A stretch of DNA of 62,145 nt, the filler included. It is 8 parts of 8 records of this genome, joined end to end, with 100 filler letters (N's around TTAATTAATTAA, not from the genome) between each part and the next. Parts side by side here need not be neighbours in the genome. Positions count along the whole stretch, not along the records: positions 26,469 to 46,298 come from SRR20825010_5875; 7 more parts are not named here. One strand, written 5' to 3'. Position 1 is the stretch's first letter, and every line of letters starts with the position of its first letter. Shown here piece after piece: positions 30,854-40,589 of the stretch. The translations under genes and the position numbers were made by a program. The notes under the pieces are model-generated. The model saw nothing but the letters and a program-made list of their open reading frames with translations, was not told the DNA's origin and made no database searches.

Positions 30854-33800
30854 TCCTTGGTCAAATCAGCGGATTTTTTGTCCGCAACTGGCAGTTCACG
30901 CTCGTCCTGTTCGGACTGCTCATCATGATGGGGCTGAACAGCTTCAATTCAATCCCGCGCGCGGAAGACCCGGACTTTCAGGCACCCTTTGCCATCGTGA
31001 CCGTCTTCATGCCGGGCGCAAGTCCGACAGACATTGAAAAGCTCATTGTCCGCCCCATCGAAGACGCGGTGAACGGACTTGAAAATCTCGACAATATTTT
31101 TTCGCAATCCTCTGATGGTGTGGCTTCGATCAATGTCCAGTTTTCATGGTCAGTTCCTGACCCTGATAAATGTTACGACGACGTTGTCCGCGAGGTGAAC
31201 GCGCTGCGCGCAAGCCTACCCGAAGGCATCCAGCGCATTCAGGTGGACAAGTTCCGGCCCTCGCTGACCAATATCGTGCAAGTGGCGCTGGTGAGCGAAA
31301 CAGCAAGCGCACGCGAGATGGAGGACATTGCCAAAGACCTGCGCGACGAAATCGACCGTGCGCCGGGCGTGCGCGACACGAAATTCTGGGGTCTGCCGAA
31401 ATCGGAAGTGCGCGTGGCGGTGAATTTCGGTCGGCTGGCAAGTCTCGGCATTCCCGTGACCGCTATTGCCAATGCGATCGGTGCGGATAGCCCCGACATT
31501 CCCGGTGGTCCGGTGGAAGCAGGCTTGCGCCGCTTCAACCTCAAAACAACCGGCGGCTATAAGACGCTTGATGAAATCCGCGACACGGTGATCGGTTCAT
31601 TCGGTGGTCGCAATGTGGCCGTGCGAGATGTCGCCGAGGTAAGCTGGGGCCAAGAGGAAGCGGGTCATCTGGCCTGGTACAATGGTCAGCGCGCTGTCTT
31701 TGTGACCGCAAACCAGAAGGAAGCGCAAAACGTCTTTCAGGTGCGTGACGGAATTTACAAGGTCCTCGACAATTTCGAAGATCGCCTGCCCTCCGACATC
31801 AAACTCTATCGGCCTTTCGACCAATCGGTCGCCGTGGACCGCCGCCTGAGCCATCTCTATCGCGACTTCGCGATTGCGGTGGGGCTTGTGATGATCACAC
31901 TGCTACCGCTGGGTCCACGCGCCTCATTGATCGTCATGGTGTCGATCCCGCTCTCACTGGCCATCGGCCTGTCAGTGATGAATTTCCTGGGCTATTCACT
32001 GAACCAACTCTCGATCACGGGTTTTGTCATCGCGCTCGGACTGCTGGTCGATGACAGCATCGTGGTGGTTGAAAATATTGAACGACATATCCGCGAGGGT
32101 AAGGGACGCCTTGAAGCGGCTATAGCGGCAACATCGCAAATCTCGATTGCCGTGGTCGGCTGCACCGCAGCTTTGCTCTTTGCCTTTCTGCCGCTGCTCA
32201 ACTTGCCCGAAGGCGCAGGCAAATTCATCCGCTCGCTACCTGTGGCCGTGACCGTCACAATCAGCGCATCGCTGTTTGTATCGCTGACAATCATTCCGTT
32301 TCTGGCAAGCCGCCTTCTTTCCAAGACCGAACATCCAGAAGGCAATATTTTTCTGCGTGTCGTCATGGGTGGTATTCACACGATCTATCGTCCTCTTCTG
32401 CACCGCGCCCTTGCATGGCCCAAAACCTTTGTGCTGGGCGCTATGGCGATCTGTTTTGCAAGCTTGATGCTGATCCCCTCAATCGGCTTTAGCTTGTTTC
32501 CGCCTGCCGACAGCCGCCAGTTCCTCGTGCAGATCGAGACACCCGACGGCTCAAGCCAGGACGACACAGAACGCGCCTTGCATTATGCGGAAGGTGTTTT
32601 ACGCAAACATCCCGAGTTCCTCTGGCAGATGTCCAATCTGGGCCGTTCCAATCCGCAGATCTATTACAATGTACGCTCTGAAAGCGTGCAGCCCAACATC
32701 GCCGAAATTTTTGTCGAGATGAAGGAATTCGACGAAGTGGATTCGCCCAAACTGATGGACGAACTACGCGCCGACTTTGCCAAATATCCCGGCGCACAGA
32801 TCATCGTTCGCATTTTCCAGAACGGGCCACCCATCGAGGCGCCAATCGAAGTACGTATCATCGGCCCCGACCTTGATGTGCTGAAGGATATTTCGGCCCG
32901 CGTGACAAAGCTGATGGAAACAACCCCCGGCGTGCGCGATGTGACAAACCCCATGCGTCTTGACCGCACCGATCTCAATCTTGGCATCGATCAGGAAAAA
33001 GCCTCGATGATCGGGATTTCACCCGGCACGATCGACCGCGTGGTGCGCATGGCCATTGCAGGCGAAACGGTTGGTACTTATCGCGAGGATGATGGCGAGC
33101 AATACAACATCACCATGCGCCTGCCACTGGACAAGCATCATCCCGTGGAAGCACTGGAACATATCTATGTGCCGACAAATACCGGTCGTTCTGTGCCTCT
33201 GAGCCTCGTCGCCTCGCCACGTTTTGAAAGCGCACCGGCCCGCATCGACCGCTACAACCGCGAACGACAAGTGGCCATCACCGCCTATACAAAGACTGGA
33301 TACAACACGGCGTTGCTGACGTCCGAGCTCTTCGAGAAGTTCGACACGCTGACCATTCCGGCAGGCTACTATTTTAACGCCGGTGGCGAGGCAGAGGCGG
33401 CAAAGGACAGTTTCTCCGGTCTGAGCACAGCCATCCTTGTGGCGATCTTCGGTATCCTGGCGGTTCTGATCCTTGAGTTCCGCTCCTTCCGCGCAACGCT
33501 GGTGGTCGCCGGTGTGGTGCCGCTGGGAATTTTCGGTGGGTTATTGGCGCTGCTCTTCACCGGCTACACGCTGTCCTTTACCGCGGTAATCGGTTTTATC
33601 GCGCTGATCGGTATCGAGATCAAAAACTCGATCCTGCTGGTCGATTTCACCAATCAGCTGCGCCGCGCGGGCACACCGCTCATGGAAGCTATCGAGCAAG
33701 CTGGTGAAATCCGCTTCCTGCCCGTGCTGCTGACTTCGGCGACCGCTATTGGCGGGTTGATGCCTCTGGCGCTTTCCGGCTCCGGCCTCTACTCGCCACT

Positions 33801-33942
33801 TTCATGGGTGCTGATCGGCGGGTTGCTGTCATCCACCCTGCTCTCGCGACTAGTGACACCGGCGATGTACCTGCTGCTGGCCCCCACCAATCTCGACGAT
33901 GAAGACGAAGCACACGAAGGACTGGCGGCACCAGCCGACTAG
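30850..33942 (+). CDS. RND efflux permease (AcrB/AcrD/AcrF family)
   Basis: 1030 aa; GLLVDDSIVVVENI, KNSILLVD, RFLPVLLTS; ATGA overlap with the MFP. Confidence 0.95.
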   Translation: MILGQISGFFVRNWQFTLVLFGLLIMMGLNSFNSIPRAEDPDFQAPFAIVTVFMPGASPTDIEKLIVRPIEDAVNGLENLDNIFSQSSDGVASINVQFSWSVPDPDKCYDDVVREVNALRASLPEGIQRIQVDKFRPSLTNIVQVALVSETASAREMEDIAKDLRDEIDRAPGVRDTKFWGLPKSEVRVAVNFGRLASLGIPVTAIANAIGADSPDIPGGPVEAGLRRFNLKTTGGYKTLDEIRDTVIGSFGGRNVAVRDVAEVSWGQEEAGHLAWYNGQRAVFVTANQKEAQNVFQVRDGIYKVLDNFEDRLPSDIKLYRPFDQSVAVDRRLSHLYRDFAIAVGLVMITLLPLGPRASLIVMVSIPLSLAIGLSVMNFLGYSLNQLSITGFVIALGLLVDDSIVVVENIERHIREGKGRLEAAIAATSQISIAVVGCTAALLFAFLPLLNLPEGAGKFIRSLPVAVTVTISASLFVSLTIIPFLASRLLSKTEHPEGNIFLRVVMGGIHTIYRPLLHRALAWPKTFVLGAMAICFASLMLIPSIGFSLFPPADSRQFLVQIETPDGSSQDDTERALHYAEGVLRKHPEFLWQMSNLGRSNPQIYYNVRSESVQPNIAEIFVEMKEFDEVDSPKLMDELRADFAKYPGAQIIVRIFQNGPPIEAPIEVRIIGPDLDVLKDISARVTKLMETTPGVRDVTNPMRLDRTDLNLGIDQEKASMIGISPGTIDRVVRMAIAGETVGTYREDDGEQYNITMRLPLDKHHPVEALEHIYVPTNTGRSVPLSLVASPRFESAPARIDRYNRERQVAITAYTKTGYNTALLTSELFEKFDTLTIPAGYYFNAGGEAEAAKDSFSGLSTAILVAIFGILAVLILEFRSFRATLVVAGVVPLGIFGGLLALLFTGYTLSFTAVIGFIALIGIEIKNSILLVDFTNQLRRAGTPLMEAIEQAGEIRFLPVLLTSATAIGGLMPLALSGSGLYSPLSWVLIGGLLSSTLLSRLVTPAMYLLLAPTNLDDEDEAHEGLAAPAD

Positions 33943-33996
33943 GTAGACTGAGATCCTCCGTTTCCGTGCCTTTCCCTCAAAGGTGAGGAAACAGAT

Positions 33997-34027
33997 AGGG
34001 CGGCGCTTTCGGGCGTCGCCTTTTTTT
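33997..34027 (+). terminator. Intrinsic terminator of the RND operon
   Basis: AGGGCGGCGCT-TTCG-GGCGTCGCC followed by T7. Confidence 0.8.
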
Positions 34028-34128
34028 ACGCCAAGAAGAAGCGAGAGCGCGCGCATTACCCAAGCCTCTACATCACCAGAAATGCCAAAGGTCTTGGCGC
34101 TGATTGGATGGACCCTGCATAGACAAAC

Positions 34129-34159
34129 AAAAAGGGCGACGCTGGTGCGTCGCCCTTTT
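34129..34159 (-). terminator. Intrinsic terminator of the MMPL gene (bidirectional)
   Basis: AAAAAGGGCGACGC-TGGT-GCGTCGCCCTTTT. Confidence 0.8.
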
Positions 34160-34180
34160 CTATTTAGGAACAGGAAGCTC

Positions 34181-36541
34181 TTAGTGCGAACGATGGATCG
34201 CGCGGGCTTCTTCTTCTGTCAGCGGCTTGCGCTTCAGCGGCCAGATCACTTCAAAGGCCGAGACGAGCGCAGGCAGGAGTGTCACCGCACCGACCATGTT
34301 CACAACGAACATGAAGGTAAGGAGCAGACCCATATCAGCCTGGAACTTCAGAGCCGAGAAGGACCATGTGGACACACCAACGGCAAGCGTGAGACCGGTG
34401 AACATCGTGGCCGAGCCAACGTCGTTCAGAGCCTGCAGGTAAGCCGCGTGAGGCGACACACCCATACGCATGTAACGCTGGATACGGTTGTATTCGTAAA
34501 TACCGTAGTCCACGCCGATACCAACAGCGATGGCAAGCACCGGCAGAGTGGAAATCTTCAGACCGATTGTGGCGGCCGTCAGGAACCAGTTACCGATGAT
34601 GGTCGACAGGATCAGCGGAATAACGCAGCACAGCGCACCGCGCCATTCGCGATAGGTGATGATCACAAGCGACATAACCACTGCATACACATAGAGCAGC
34701 ATGGGCAGTTCGGAATGTTCGACAACCGTGTTGGTGGCCGAGACAATCGTCACGTTACCAGTACCGATACGCAGCTTGAGGTCTTCGCGCTGATGGGCCG
34801 GATCATTGATCCAGTTTTCAACGGCTGCCGTCACGGTCTTGATCGTGTCGGCTTTGGTGTCGGCCACATAAATCTGGATACCCAGTGTCAGGCAGCGCTG
34901 GTTGACGAGAAGTGTCGAGCTGGAAACGCTGGATGTCGCCTGAGCGAGAGCTGTGGGATCACGCGGCAGAGCGGCCCATTTCGGGTTGCCTTCCTGCCAC
35001 ATGGAGTTGATCGTCTTGGCCACGAAAGGCAGCGAGACAACTGTCTGAACACCGGGGACGTTCTTCATGTCCCAGCCGAAAGTGTCGAGGAAATGCAACT
35101 TGCTGTAATCGACGCAAGCCACGTCTTTCGATTCCACGATCACGTTCATGACGTTGAGGCCGAGACGGAAATGTTCCGCCACATACTCAGAGTCCGTGTT
35201 GTAACGCGCATTCGGCCAAAGCTCGCCGGCACCGGCATGCACGTCACCGATCTGACGATCCCGACTTTCATAAAGAGCCACAGCACCCAGAATGACGCAG
35301 AAGCCGATAAAAATGAAAGAGATCTTAGGCTTCGCGATCTGGGCAATGAACGGCCAGTATTTGGCACGAGATTCCATCGCGTGACGCACCTTGGCACCAT
35401 ATTCCTCGCCCGGTGCCACATAGGACACAATGAGCGGAAGCATGATGAGGTTCGAAACGATCTTAAGGGCCACACCAATCGAAGCAGTGATGGCGAGTTC
35501 CTGGATCATGCCGATCGGAATGATGTAGAGCGTGCCGAAACCTGCAAGGCAGGTAAGCAGCGCCACTGAACCCGGACGCAGCAGGAAGGTGAAGGTCGCG
35601 CGTGCGGCCTGTTCCTTGTTCAGACCAGCGGCAATTTCAGCACCCGCCATATTGATCTGCTGCACGCCGTGGCTAACGCCGATAGCAAAGACGAGGAAGG
35701 GCACCAGAACCGCGAGCGGATCAAGGCCATACCCAAGCAACGAAAGAATGCCGAACTGCCAGACAAGCGAACAGAGCGAGCAACCGACCGTCACCATGGT
35801 GAGCAGCCATGAGCGGCAATAGAGCCAGAGGCTGAAGCAGGTGAGAACGAAGGCAACAGCAAAGAAGGTCACAACCGACTTGGCGCCTTCGGCAATGTCA
35901 CCGACAAGCTTGGCGAAACCGACAATCTTAACGTCCACATCGTCGGAAACGTATTTGTCGCGGATCGTGCTTTCCAGAAGATCGGCCACTTTGAAGTAGT
36001 CGAGCTTCTCACGCGTTTCCGGATCATAGTCCAGAAGTTCGGTGGCGATCATGGCCGCACGGAAGTCCGTGGAGACCAAACGGCCAACGAGATTGGCGCG
36101 CAGCGTGTTCTGCATCACGCGGTTGATGCTTTCCTGGGTCGGGCTGAAATCAGCGGGAATAACGTCGCCCGCTTCAAGCCCTTCTTCGGTCACCGCGATA
36201 TAGCGTGTGTTCGGGGTCCACAGCGAGGTCACGCGATGACGCGCAACGCCAGGGATGTAGAACACGTCATCCGTTGCTTCTTTGAGCGTCTGGAGGAACT
36301 CGGGCTGGAAGATGTCGCCCTTCTTGTTCTCCAGAACCACGATGACGCGGTTACCGCCACCAAAGCCTTCGGCATACTGGAAGTAGGTTTCGATGAAGGG
36401 GTTCCCGATCGGGAGCATCTTCTCGAAACCGGCATCCATTTTCAGGCCGGTAGCAAAATAGCCCATGATGGCCGTAACAATGGCCAGCACCACCAAAATG
36501 GGGGCGCGAAGGGCAAAAACGATATTTTCAATACGCTGCAA
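34181..36541 (-). CDS. MMPL-type RND-superfamily transporter
   Basis: Two 6-TM repeats; PFLVFAIGVSHGVQ, GIGVDYGIY, LKFQADMG; TTG start with GGAGG RBS. Confidence 0.88.
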   Translation of the reverse strand: MQRIENIVFALRAPILVVLAIVTAIMGYFATGLKMDAGFEKMLPIGNPFIETYFQYAEGFGGGNRVIVVLENKKGDIFQPEFLQTLKEATDDVFYIPGVARHRVTSLWTPNTRYIAVTEEGLEAGDVIPADFSPTQESINRVMQNTLRANLVGRLVSTDFRAAMIATELLDYDPETREKLDYFKVADLLESTIRDKYVSDDVDVKIVGFAKLVGDIAEGAKSVVTFFAVAFVLTCFSLWLYCRSWLLTMVTVGCSLCSLVWQFGILSLLGYGLDPLAVLVPFLVFAIGVSHGVQQINMAGAEIAAGLNKEQAARATFTFLLRPGSVALLTCLAGFGTLYIIPIGMIQELAITASIGVALKIVSNLIMLPLIVSYVAPGEEYGAKVRHAMESRAKYWPFIAQIAKPKISFIFIGFCVILGAVALYESRDRQIGDVHAGAGELWPNARYNTDSEYVAEHFRLGLNVMNVIVESKDVACVDYSKLHFLDTFGWDMKNVPGVQTVVSLPFVAKTINSMWQEGNPKWAALPRDPTALAQATSSVSSSTLLVNQRCLTLGIQIYVADTKADTIKTVTAAVENWINDPAHQREDLKLRIGTGNVTIVSATNTVVEHSELPMLLYVYAVVMSLVIITYREWRGALCCVIPLILSTIIGNWFLTAATIGLKISTLPVLAIAVGIGVDYGIYEYNRIQRYMRMGVSPHAAYLQALNDVGSATMFTGLTLAVGVSTWSFSALKFQADMGLLLTFMFVVNMVGAVTLLPALVSAFEVIWPLKRKPLTEEEARAIHRSH

Positions 36542-37414
36542 GGTAACCTCCCCTAGGGACGTGCAGTCTTCACGCCGCGGACTGCATCGGCAATCTCGTA
36601 ATCAGTGAGAAACAAACGGAGCTTGAGCTCTCTTAGTTTTCAATTTTCTGTCGTCGTTCAGGCTTGTCGCGGCACCTCTATACCCGTGTCATGCGGGGTG
36701 CCACAAGATCATCGTTTGGTGAAGAATCAATCAATCATGGTTTTGCCATGTTTTTCGTATATGCACCTATGGTCCATACGCTTGTTTTTGTAGCCAAAAG
36801 CGCACGGGTTACGCGGCGAAAATACCTCGAAAACCCCGCATTTTCAGCAGCTTCCAGCTCCGCAACAGGCTGACGAAACACGCCAAAGTGATGCGGAGTT
36901 CCGCTCCGTATATATTTTCGCTGCGCCATGCGACGGATTGCCCCGACGGGCACACAAAAGCCACCCAGCGAACCCGAATTGCGCATGTCCCCGCGCCCGC
37001 CAACAGCGATCATCACGATCTGGTTTCCGACCTGAAGGCGACCATCTGATGCGGGTCGAGTATCAAACACACATACACCCTGAAAGCTGGCGCGGCAGGA
37101 CACCGCAGAAACAAGCTCTTTTTTATCATGATGACCTAGTTTGGCACAGTAATTATTGAATATCTGCAGTCCGTAAACATGGCCTGAGCCCTCAGAAACT
37201 ATGGCCTTTCATGCTTTTAACCATCGAATGACGCATATCCGACACAGGAGATCGTCAGAGGCCATATGACGGCAGTTTTTGTTAACCATGTTTTGGGCTG
37301 AATGCTGAAGATCTCAGGCATAGCTACATTTTTTTGATCGATGGGCTGATGTGGCTGCGTAATAGGAACAGAGGGCACAAAGAAGTGCCCCCAACGACTG
37401 AAATGGAGGTCCCT

Positions 37415-38062
37415 ATGACCCGCTTGCTCTCCCTGCTTTCACTGGCCATCGGCCTAATCGCCTTGGGAAATGCTGCCGAAGCCGCCAAAGCAACAGATAC
37501 ATTGCCAGCGCCCCAGCCCGTTATCGTCCAGCCCGTGGCAACTTTTGCCGGTGGATGCTTCTGGAGTATGCAGCGCCATTTCGATGCCGTAACAGGCGTT
37601 ACAGCCACCCGGGTCGGCTATACCGGCGGAACGAAAAAAAACCCTACCTACGCTATGGTCTCATCTGAAAAGACCGGCCATGCAGAGGCTGTAGAAGTGA
37701 CCTTCAATCCAGAAAAGGTGAGCTACGAGAAATTGCTGGATGTGTATTGGCACTATATCGACCCAACCACCAAGGACGGACAGTTCTGCGATTTCGGGCC
37801 TTCTTACCGGACAGCGATTTTCACACATGGTGCTGAACAGATGAAGGCCGCGGAAGCCTCCAAAACGGCAATCGAAGCCTCTGGTGTGCTGAAGGGCCAG
37901 CCGATCATGACTAAGATCGAGGAGGCCAGTATTTTCTGGCCGGCAGAGAGCTATCACCAAGAATTCTACAAGAAAAACCCTGTGCGCTACATGACCTACA
38001 ATATCGGCTGCGGCCGTGAAGGCATGTTGAAGCGCATCTGGGGTGACAAGGCCGGACATTAA
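37415..38062 (+). CDS. msrA: Peptide-methionine (S)-S-oxide reductase with Sec-type signal peptide
   Basis: FAGGCFW, GYTGG, GHAE, AESYHQ; GGAGGT RBS. Confidence 0.93.
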   Translation: MTRLLSLLSLAIGLIALGNAAEAAKATDTLPAPQPVIVQPVATFAGGCFWSMQRHFDAVTGVTATRVGYTGGTKKNPTYAMVSSEKTGHAEAVEVTFNPEKVSYEKLLDVYWHYIDPTTKDGQFCDFGPSYRTAIFTHGAEQMKAAEASKTAIEASGVLKGQPIMTKIEEASIFWPAESYHQEFYKKNPVRYMTYNIGCGREGMLKRIWGDKAGH

Positions 38063-38088
38063 GGGGCGAAACATTGAGGAGCGAAACA

Positions 38089-38577
38089 ATGACAAGACGC
38101 AAATTTATGGCCGGAACAGCACTGGCCGGTATGGCAGGGCTTTTTACACTCTCACGTCTGACAGGCGCGGAAGCGAAAGCCGCCAGCCCCTTTGAAGTGA
38201 CAAAGACCGACGCGGAATGGAAAGCCCAGCTCAGCCCGGAGGCCTATAAGATACTGCGCCACGAGGGCACAGAGCGCCCTTTCACCAGCCCGCTCAATGA
38301 CGAACACCGCAAAGGCACGTTCCACTGCAAAGGTTGTGACCTGCCGCTCTTTACCTCGGAAACGAAATTCGACAGCGGCACGGGCTGGCCAAGCTTCTAT
38401 CAGCCGCTGGAAAACGCTGTGGGTGAAACGACGGACACGTCCTTCTTCATGACACGCACGGAAGTTCATTGCCGCCGGTGCGGCGGGCATCTGGGACATG
38501 TCTTTGATGATGGCCCCCAACCCACCGGCCTGCGCTACTGCATGAACGGTGTGGCGATGACTTTCGTCGAAGGCTAA
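38089..38577 (+). CDS. msrB: Peptide-methionine (R)-S-oxide reductase with Tat signal
   Basis: MTRRKFM twin-arginine motif, CKGC and CRRC zinc motifs, GWPSF, GHLGHVF, RYCMN. Confidence 0.95.
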   Translation: MTRRKFMAGTALAGMAGLFTLSRLTGAEAKAASPFEVTKTDAEWKAQLSPEAYKILRHEGTERPFTSPLNDEHRKGTFHCKGCDLPLFTSETKFDSGTGWPSFYQPLENAVGETTDTSFFMTRTEVHCRRCGGHLGHVFDDGPQPTGLRYCMNGVAMTFVEG

Positions 38578-38597
38578 GGATCCGAAAGAGTAAGAGC

Positions 38598-39380
38598 CTA
38601 ACGACCTTTGAAATTGCCCGAGCGGCGTTCCTGCACAGCTTTGACGCCCTCGGCAAAATCTTCCGTCTTCATCAGCTCCGCCTGCACAGCAAGCTCATGA
38701 TCGGTGGCGGCTTTGACCGCTGCGGCAAGCCCCTTGCGCAGGGTTGCGCGCGTGTCGACCACAGCAAGCGGCGCATTCTCCGCAATTTCAGCGGCGAGCG
38801 CATGAGCACGCATCCGCAGATCGGCAAGCGGCACAAGCTCGTCCACAAGACCCAGCGACAACGCCTCTTCGCCCTTCACACGACGACCCGTCTGGAAAAG
38901 AAGATTGGCACGCTGCACACCGATGACACGCGGCAATGTGTGGGTGAGACCAAAGCCGGGATGAAAACCGAGCTTCACGAAATTTGCTGCAAAGCGCGCC
39001 TCGGGCGCCGCAACACGAAAATCGGCAACCATGGCAAGACCAAGTCCGGCACCGATGGCTGCCCCCTGCACGGCAGCCACAACCGGCGTAGCGCAAGAGA
39101 AAAGCCGCACCGCCTCAACATAGAGCGGATTGACGTTCGACGATTTGCCGGTGATGAGCCCGTCGCGGCGCACCAGATCGGCCCCGCCACAAAACACTTT
39201 GCCCTCAGAACAAAGAACGATGGCACGAACACGCTCGTCCTTGTCAGCGGCCTCGAAGGCATCCGCCAGATCGCGGATCAGATCGACTGAGACATGGTTG
39301 TTAGGAAGCGCATGAATCTCGATCTCGGCCACATAGCCGGTCACTTTGACCATGATGTCGTTATATGTCTCGGCAAGCAT
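38598..39380 (-). CDS. Enoyl-CoA hydratase/isomerase (crotonase) family protein
   Basis: FCGGADL, PVVAAVQGAAIGAG, GLVDELV, EDFAEG. Confidence 0.88.
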   Translation of the reverse strand: MLAETYNDIMVKVTGYVAEIEIHALPNNHVSVDLIRDLADAFEAADKDERVRAIVLCSEGKVFCGGADLVRRDGLITGKSSNVNPLYVEAVRLFSCATPVVAAVQGAAIGAGLGLAMVADFRVAAPEARFAANFVKLGFHPGFGLTHTLPRVIGVQRANLLFQTGRRVKGEEALSLGLVDELVPLADLRMRAHALAAEIAENAPLAVVDTRATLRKGLAAAVKAATDHELAVQAELMKTEDFAEGVKAVQERRSGNFKGR

Positions 39381-39397
39381 GTGTCGCTCTTTTCTTC

Positions 39398-40564
39398 TTA
39401 TCGTTTCAATTTCAACAGATCGCGCGCGATGACCCAGCGATGAACCTCGGACGGGCCGTCATAGATACGCATATTGCGCACCTGACTAGCCATGAGATGC
39501 AGCGGCATTTCCTTGGTCATCCCCATGGCACCGAATGTCTGCATCGCCTGATCGAGAATGTCCCACGCCATCTCCGTGCCGAAAACTTTGACCATGGAGA
39601 CATCGGTACGCACATCGCGACCCTGATCGAGTTTCCATGCTGTCTCATAAGTCATCAAACGGCAGGCCTTAATGCGCATCGCAGCATCCGCCACCCACCA
39701 CTGAATCGACTGACGCCGCGCCAAAGGCTCGCCGAACGTGGAACGCTGCGGCGCATATTCGCAGATCATATCAAGCGCACGTTGCGCGATGCCGATGCAC
39801 CACGACGCCATCTCCAGACGACGGGTGGAAAGACGCACCTGCATAGGCGCAAAGCCCTGACCTTCCTTGCCCAAGAGCTTGGAGGCAGGCACACGGCAAT
39901 CTTCCAGCGCGACCTCATAGGTGAAGGTGCCACCGATCATCGGGATGCGACGCAAAACTTTGAAGCCCGGATTGTCGCGATCGACCAGAAATGCCGACAT
40001 GCCACCACGCGCGCCTTTTTCCTTGTCGGTCACAGCCATCAGTATAGTGAAGTCAGCCTCCGCTGCGCGACTGGTCCAGATCTTGCGACCGTTAATGACC
40101 CAATCGTCGCCATCGCGCACGGCACGCGTGATCATGGAGGCCGGATCAGCGCCCGCGCCCGGCTCTGAAATGCCAATCGCGGAAATCGTTTCGCCACGTG
40201 CATAGGGGGCCAGATATTGCTCGCGCTGTTCGTCATTCACCGTGGCCATGAGCATACGCAGGTTCGGACTATCCGGCGGCAAGACATAGGGCGTGACTGT
40301 GCGGCCCATTTCCTCGTTGACGCCGATCATTGCAACGGTGGGAAGATCAGAACCGCCCATTGCTTCGGGCGCATCAAGACCCCACAGGCCCAGCTCTTTC
40401 GTGACCTTATCGATGCGCGCCTTTTCGTCCTTTGTGATATGCGCACCCTCGCCTGCCGCATCACGCGCCAACACCTTGCCTTCCAGCGGCATCAACTCGT
40501 CAGCGACAAACCGCGCGACAAGGTCTTTCAGCATCCTGTGTTCTTCGGAAAGATCGAAATCCAT
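39398..40564 (-). CDS. Acyl-CoA dehydrogenase
   Basis: ISEPGAGAD, INGRKIWTS, RSTFG, QTFGAMG, RIYDGPSEVHR. Confidence 0.93.
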   Translation of the reverse strand: MDFDLSEEHRMLKDLVARFVADELMPLEGKVLARDAAGEGAHITKDEKARIDKVTKELGLWGLDAPEAMGGSDLPTVAMIGVNEEMGRTVTPYVLPPDSPNLRMLMATVNDEQREQYLAPYARGETISAIGISEPGAGADPASMITRAVRDGDDWVINGRKIWTSRAAEADFTILMAVTDKEKGARGGMSAFLVDRDNPGFKVLRRIPMIGGTFTYEVALEDCRVPASKLLGKEGQGFAPMQVRLSTRRLEMASWCIGIAQRALDMICEYAPQRSTFGEPLARRQSIQWWVADAAMRIKACRLMTYETAWKLDQGRDVRTDVSMVKVFGTEMAWDILDQAMQTFGAMGMTKEMPLHLMASQVRNMRIYDGPSEVHRWVIARDLLKLKR

Positions 40565-40589
40565 CTGGGCTTTTCCCTCTATGCAATGC

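Noticed and set aside
33997-34159. Two similar GGGCG(A/G)CGC hairpins as a repeat array or MITE
   Set aside because: Explained as the terminators of two convergent genes
36605-37159. Short ORFs in the MMPL-msrA gap
   Set aside because: No RBS, motif or codon-bias support
37141-37160. TTGGCAC as a sigma-54 -24 box
   Set aside because: The -12 position reads TTAT rather than TTGC
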